Assembly: GCF_050920415.1 (NCBI RefSeq)
Contig: NZ_CP169309.1
DNA from: Escherichia coli
GTDB taxonomy: Bacteria > Pseudomonadota > Gammaproteobacteria > Enterobacterales > Enterobacteriaceae
DNA: 64,000 nt
Reading direction: 5' to 3' (one strand)
Shown here piece by piece: positions 59,047-64,000 of the stretch. The notes under the pieces are model-generated. The model was given only the letters and a program-made list of their open reading frames with translations. It was not told the DNA's origin and ran no database searches. The position numbers were made by a program, and so were the translations under genes. Each line of letters opens with the position of its first letter. Positions within the stretch are counted from its first letter, which is position 1.

Positions 59047-59961
59047 ATGATCGTTCGTCCACAACAACACTGGCTGCGCCGTATTTTTGTCTGGCACGGT
59101 TCAGTATTATCCAAGATATCCTCGCGCTTACTACTCAATTTTCTCTTTTCTATCGCTGTTATTTTCATGCTGCCCTGGTACACGCATTTGGGAATCAAAT
59201 TCACCCTCGCACCGTTCAGCATTCTCGGTGTCGCCATCGCCATCTTTTTGGGTTTTCGTAATAACGCCGGTTACGCCCGTTATGTTGAAGCGCGAAAACT
59301 TTGGGGACAGTTGATGATTGCCTCTCGGTCGTTACTGCGTGAGGTAAAAACGACATTGCCGGATTCGGCAAGTGTAAGGGAGTTTGCCCGGCTGCAAATC
59401 GCCTTTGCCCACTGTTTACGCATGACATTACGAAAACAGCCACAAGAGGAAATGCTGGCGCGGTATCTCAAGACTGAAGATCTTCAGCGTGTACTGGCTT
59501 CAAACACTCCAGCTAACCGTATTTTGTTGATAATGGGGGAGTGGTTGGCGGTTCAGCGACGCAATGGACAGCTTTCAGATATCCTGTTTATTAGCCTCAA
59601 CGATCGGCTCAACGATATTTCGGCGGTTCTGGCAGGCTGTGAGCGTATTGCCTATACGCCAATTCCTTTTGCCTACACCCTGATTTTGCATCGTACCGTG
59701 TATCTGTTTTGTATCATGCTGCCGTTCGCACTGGTCGTGGAGCTGCATTACATGACGCCATTTATCTCTGTGCTGATTTCCTACACTTTTATTTCGCTGG
59801 ATTGTCTGGCGGAAGAGCTGGAAGATCCGTTCGGTACTGAAAACAATGACTTACCACTGGATGCCATCTGCAACGCTATTGAAATTGACCTGTTACAGAT
59901 GAACGATGAAGCAGAAATTCCAGCGAAAATTCTTCCCGATCGTCATTACCAGCTGACGTAA
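59047..59961 (+). CDS. yneE: Bestrophin-family membrane protein YneE
   Basis: 304 aa from ATG 59047 (MIVRPQQHWLRRIF...). Confidence 0.85.
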   Translation: MIVRPQQHWLRRIFVWHGSVLSKISSRLLLNFLFSIAVIFMLPWYTHLGIKFTLAPFSILGVAIAIFLGFRNNAGYARYVEARKLWGQLMIASRSLLREVKTTLPDSASVREFARLQIAFAHCLRMTLRKQPQEEMLARYLKTEDLQRVLASNTPANRILLIMGEWLAVQRRNGQLSDILFISLNDRLNDISAVLAGCERIAYTPIPFAYTLILHRTVYLFCIMLPFALVVELHYMTPFISVLISYTFISLDCLAEELEDPFGTENNDLPLDAICNAIEIDLLQMNDEAEIPAKILPDRHYQLT

Positions 59962-59964
59962 TAA

Positions 59965-60723
59965 TTACTCCGTACGCCGGGCAACAATAAACAGACGCGG
60001 AAATGCCAGCAGTATCTCTCCGTTCTCTTGCAGTGGATACTGCTCTTCCAGCATCTGATGGTAGCGCGTAAGAAAATGCTGCTGTTCGCTCTCGGTCAGA
60101 TCCTGTAACCACGGACGTAATCCAGTGGCGGTCACCCAATCGATAATCGCCTGGTGCGACGGCATCTGGTGATAGTAGGTGGTTCGCCAGATATCGACCT
60201 CACATCCGGCTTCGCTCAAAATATCGTAGTAAGCATGAACGCCAGCCAGCGGCTCACGCCCGCGATCCGGATAATTTTGTTCCCAGGCGACTTCGCGCAT
60301 GAGCACATGGGTTGGCTCTAGCCAGTTATCCGGCATTTGTACCGCCAGCACGCCCTGCGGACTGAGTAACGAAACCAGATGAGGGAACAGTTCGTAATGG
60401 TCGGGCAGCCATTGCAGCGAGGCATTAGCAAAAATCAGATCGAGTGCCTGTTCCGGTTGCCAGTTGCGGATGTCTGCTTCCACGAACTGGCAGTCTGGCA
60501 AAGCACTGCGCGCTTCAGCAATCATCGCCGGAGACGAGTCGATGCCTGTTATCCTGGCCGCAGGCCAACGTTGATGCAGCAGGGCGGTGCTGTTACCTGG
60601 GCCACAGCCAAGATCGGCAACGTATTCGATATTCTCCAGCGGCACTCTGGCAAGCAGCTCCACCGCCGGACGCGATCGTTCAGCGGCAAAGTGCAGATAT
60701 AAAGAGGGGTTCCAGTCAGACAT
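59965..60723 (-). CDS. tam: Trans-aconitate 2-methyltransferase Tam
   Basis: 252-aa SAM-dependent methyltransferase recognised as Tam. Confidence 0.9.
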   Translation of the reverse strand: MSDWNPSLYLHFAAERSRPAVELLARVPLENIEYVADLGCGPGNSTALLHQRWPAARITGIDSSPAMIAEARSALPDCQFVEADIRNWQPEQALDLIFANASLQWLPDHYELFPHLVSLLSPQGVLAVQMPDNWLEPTHVLMREVAWEQNYPDRGREPLAGVHAYYDILSEAGCEVDIWRTTYYHQMPSHQAIIDWVTATGLRPWLQDLTESEQQHFLTRYHQMLEEQYPLQENGEILLAFPRLFIVARRTE

Positions 60724-60779
60724 ATTTTTACTCCCGTCAGCGCGTTACCCCAATTGTAGATAAAACTGATAAATTCGCC

Positions 60780-61070
60780 TCACGGCATCAATCCATTGAA
60801 CAGACGTTTTTTACGCGGCCCGGTCATTAAAGATTCCAGTTTTGCGACACAGGTTTTGTAGTGGGGCGTGGTTTTATGGAACGCCACTGCGTCTTCATCT
60901 TTATAGGCTTCGTAGATATAAAAGCGCGAATTCACTTCCGGGTCCTGTAAGACATCGAAGCGCAAATTGCCTTCTTCCTGTACCGAGCCCAGGTGGTTCT
61001 GGCGAAAAACTTCGATAAACTCGTCAACCTTGTCTTCATGAACGTTAATTTCAACCAGTGTGACGTGCAT
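60780..61070 (-). CDS. lsrG: (4S)-4-hydroxy-5-phosphonooxypentane-2,3-dione isomerase LsrG
   Basis: 96-aa translation recognised as LsrG. Confidence 0.9.
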   Translation of the reverse strand: MHVTLVEINVHEDKVDEFIEVFRQNHLGSVQEEGNLRFDVLQDPEVNSRFYIYEAYKDEDAVAFHKTTPHYKTCVAKLESLMTGPRKKRLFNGLMP

Positions 61071-61093
61071 AATTCTTCTCCTTAAATCCGCAG

Positions 61094-61969
61094 TTACTGT
61101 TTTTCACTCAGATAGAGTTCATATGCCCGATCAGCCGTTTCGTTATGGTGTACCACCGCCTGTACGGCTTTCATCATCGCCACCGGATGGTCAGACTGGA
61201 AAATATTACGCCCCATATCCACACCAGAAGCGCCCTGATTGATAGCCTGCCAGCACATTTCCAGCGCCTCGCGCTCCGGTAATTTTTTACCGCCAGCAAT
61301 AACAATGGGTACCGGACATCCGGCAACAATCCGTTCAAAACCTTTATCGACATAATAAGTTTTGATAATCTGCGCCCCCATTTCAGCGGCGATTCGGGTA
61401 GCCAGCGAGAAATAACGTTGGTCGCGCACCATATCTTTGCCCACGCCAGTCACGGCCATGGTCGGCATTCCTACTTTCATTCCGGCATCGACCAGCTGAA
61501 TAATATTTTTAATCGACTGATGTTCATATTCACTGCCGATATAAACCTGCGCTGCCACCGCGCAACTGTTCAGGCGCACGGCGTCATCCATCGATAACGC
61601 CACGGCTTCATTACTTAATTCCGCCAGAATAGAGTTCGCACCAGACGCCCGCAGTACTACCGGCTTATTGGTCGCCGGGGGGACTACGCTGCGCAAAATG
61701 CCGCGCGTACACATTAATACATCGGCATGTTCAAACAGCGGGGCGATATTTATATCAATGCGTTCAAGTCCGGTAGTCGGCCCCTGAAAATAACCATGGT
61801 CAAAGGCCAGCATCACGGTTTTACCCGTTTTCGGATTAAATATCCGTGATAAGCGTGACTGCATTCCCCAATCCAGCGCACCGCAACCTTTCAGGGTAAA
61901 AGGGATATTTTGTTGCGGTTGATCGGTGCGAAAATCTTTACCATCTTTAATATCGTCTAAATCTGCCAT
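61094..61969 (-). CDS. lsrF: 3-hydroxy-5-phosphonooxypentane-2,4-dione thiolase LsrF
   Basis: 291-aa translation recognised as LsrF. Confidence 0.9.
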   Translation of the reverse strand: MADLDDIKDGKDFRTDQPQQNIPFTLKGCGALDWGMQSRLSRIFNPKTGKTVMLAFDHGYFQGPTTGLERIDINIAPLFEHADVLMCTRGILRSVVPPATNKPVVLRASGANSILAELSNEAVALSMDDAVRLNSCAVAAQVYIGSEYEHQSIKNIIQLVDAGMKVGMPTMAVTGVGKDMVRDQRYFSLATRIAAEMGAQIIKTYYVDKGFERIVAGCPVPIVIAGGKKLPEREALEMCWQAINQGASGVDMGRNIFQSDHPVAMMKAVQAVVHHNETADRAYELYLSEKQ

Positions 61970-61995
61970 AACGTACTCCAGTTAAGTAATGCACA

Positions 61996-63018
61996 TCAGA
62001 AATCGTATTTGCCGATATTCTCTTTGTTGAATACCACGCGCTCTGGCAACAGTACGATGCCATTACCATCCGCTTCGTAGTCATAGCCCTGAACGCTGTT
62101 TGGCGAGACTTCAACCTGGCCTACACCCTGGATATCCAGCTTGTCGCCCGTTTTCATTGCACCTTTTTTCAATAATGCATCCGCGACATAAACTGAAATT
62201 TTGCCTTGCTGAACGACGTCCCACAGGCCAAATTCTTTCACCGTGCCGCGCTCGACATACGGACGCATCACATTTGGTGTGCTGAATCCCACAATTGCAA
62301 CTTTGTCATTTTTCAGGTTTTCTGCGGCTTGCGCGGCAGCGGGCAGGGCGTTGGCGTCCGGGGCGATAATGGCGTCGAGATCGCTATAGGCTTTTAATAT
62401 TCCTTCTGCGGTTTGTAACGATTTAGTGGCATCGTTATAGCCAAACTGCGTAGTGACAATTTCCCAGCCTGGATGGTCTTTGGCGATTTTCGCTTTCGCC
62501 TCTTTCACCCACTGGTTTTGGTCCGTAACGGTGGGACTTGAGTAGAAAAACGCGACTTTGGCTTTGTCTTTATTCACCTGACGCGCCGCCATATCCACCA
62601 ACATACCTCCCAACTGGGCGGGCGTTCCCTGATTAATGTAGTAAGAGCGGCACTCCGGTTTGGTATCAGAGTCCCAGGTCAGCACTCTCACGCCACGTTG
62701 CATGGCGCGTTTCAGTGCCGGACACAAGCCATCAGGCGAAACCGCAGAAACGATAATGGCGTTATACCCCTGATTGACGAAGTTATTAATCAACTGTACC
62801 TGACCAGAAACACTGGGTTCTGTCGGCCCGTCGTAGGTCACATCAACGCCCAGCTCTTTACCAGCTTGTTGTGCGCCGTTGCCACCGCTGGTAAAAAATC
62901 CCACGCCAACCAGTTTGGGAATAAAAGCAATACGCTCTGCGGCCTGCACATTCATAGAGATTGCGGCAATGCCAAGAGCGCTAAGTAAGGCGATTTTCTT
63001 AAAGCGATGAAGTGTCAT
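61996..63018 (-). CDS. lsrB: Autoinducer-2 periplasmic binding protein LsrB
   Basis: 340 aa with signal peptide, recognised as LsrB. Confidence 0.9.
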   Translation of the reverse strand: MTLHRFKKIALLSALGIAAISMNVQAAERIAFIPKLVGVGFFTSGGNGAQQAGKELGVDVTYDGPTEPSVSGQVQLINNFVNQGYNAIIVSAVSPDGLCPALKRAMQRGVRVLTWDSDTKPECRSYYINQGTPAQLGGMLVDMAARQVNKDKAKVAFFYSSPTVTDQNQWVKEAKAKIAKDHPGWEIVTTQFGYNDATKSLQTAEGILKAYSDLDAIIAPDANALPAAAQAAENLKNDKVAIVGFSTPNVMRPYVERGTVKEFGLWDVVQQGKISVYVADALLKKGAMKTGDKLDIQGVGQVEVSPNSVQGYDYEADGNGIVLLPERVVFNKENIGKYDF

Positions 63019-63029
63019 GAAGATATCCT

Positions 63030-64000
63030 TTATGGCAATGGGTTATTGGCCCGACGCGCCAGCCACTCTTTAATTTGCTGGCGATGCAGGCTAACGGAAC
63101 GACCTACGACAACGACGATAAGCAGCGCACCGGAAAGGGCGCTGGACACCTGATTTGGCACTCCTGCCATTTGCAAACCTTGTTGCAAATATCCCACTAG
63201 TAAAACCGCAATGGCGGTGCCGATAATGGAACCGGAACCACCATAAATATTGGCACCGCCAAGCACCACGGCGGTGATGGCGGGCATCAGAAACGACGCA
63301 CCGAGATCGGAACGTGCTGAACCAAAATACGATACCAGCAGCACAGCGGCGACCGCAGACGCCAGCCCCGTCATGGCATAGAGCGCACATAAGGTGCGGT
63401 TAACTTTAATCGCGCTATAAAGCGCCACGCGCGGGCTTTGCCCAATCAAAAACACATTACGTCCGGCATGGGTTTTATGCAGCCAGAGCCAGAAAACGAG
63501 GAGACATATCAGAAAGATAATCAGCGGAACGGGGAGTCCCAGCACATCCAGGTTAGCGAAATCTGTAAACGCCATCGGGAATCCACCAATACCTTCGTAC
63601 CCCGTCGCTCCGGCCATCCCGGAAAGCAGCAGAGCGCTTCCGGCAAACAGATACAGCGTGCCAAGCGTAATCACCAGCGGGTTAACTTTGGTATAGATAA
63701 TTAATCCGGCGTTAATCAGCCCGCACAATGCGCCGAGCAGAAAGGTCAGAAGAATCGCCAGCGGCATCGGCACGCCGCTTTGAAACAGTACGCCTAATGC
63801 AATGGCGCACAAGCCGATGGTCGAGCCAAACGAAATATCGATCCCGCCACTGACAATCACCATCGTCAGCGGTAGGGCGACAATGCCAATGCAGATAAAG
63901 TCACTGGTGCTGAACAGCAACATATTGAGATCTAACATCCGCGGGTTAATTGCACCAAATGCGACAATCTCAATAACGAGCAGTGCGGCAAGAGCTAGTT
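63030..64000 (-). CDS. lsrD: Autoinducer-2 ABC transporter permease LsrD (N-terminus beyond window end)
   Basis: Translation matches LsrD; reading frame stays open to the last base of the window. Confidence 0.85.
   Translation of the reverse strand, partial: LALAALLVIEIVAFGAINPRMLDLNMLLFSTSDFICIGIVALPLTMVIVSGGIDISFGSTIGLCAIALGVLFQSGVPMPLAILLTFLLGALCGLINAGLIIYTKVNPLVITLGTLYLFAGSALLLSGMAGATGYEGIGGFPMAFTDFANLDVLGLPVPLIIFLICLLVFWLWLHKTHAGRNVFLIGQSPRVALYSAIKVNRTLCALYAMTGLASAVAAVLLVSYFGSARSDLGASFLMPAITAVVLGGANIYGGSGSIIGTAIAVLLVGYLQQGLQMAGVPNQVSSALSGALLIVVVVGRSVSLHRQQIKEWLARRANNPLP

Overview
The window is the right ~35 kb of a degraded lambda-like prophage integrated in ydfJ (the site Qin occupies in E. 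coli K-12), followed by ~29 kb of conserved E. coli chromosome. Prophage order on the + strand: nin region (DUF-like Cys/His-rich protein, rusA, Q-like protein), a pR'/tR'-like promoter and terminator, an AT-rich three-gene moron cluster (4-TM membrane protein, small winged-helix-like protein, beta-class DNA methyltransferase), a TerB-like module, a lysis cassette (two holin-like proteins and a GH108 endolysin, no spanins seen), a complete IS2 with 5-bp target duplication, an IS21-family istAB element with frameshifted istA, bor and a second uncharacterised moron on the minus strand, cosN, then a lambda-type packaging/head/tail module (Nu1-A-W-B-C-D-E-FI-FII-Z-U-V-G-T-H-M-L-K-I-J-stf-tfa). G, J and stf each carry a frameshift, so the prophage is probably not inducible to infectious particles. 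The chromosomal part is ydfJ'(5'-truncated)-ydfI-ydfZ-ydfH-ydfG-dcp-ydeJ-ydeI-dgcZ-mgrR/mgtS-ydeE-eamA-marBAR/marO/marC-sotB-yneK-yneJ-sad-glsB-yneG-dgcF-uxaB-yneE-tam-lsrGFB-lsrD'. The best candidate for an undescribed system is the moron cluster at 2.3-4.7 kb, downstream of the Q/tR' region; secondary candidates are the TerB-like module (5.2-6.2 kb) and the AT-rich minus-strand moron beside bor (11.9-12.3 kb). All identifications rest on reading the translations and recalled family knowledge; no database search was run.
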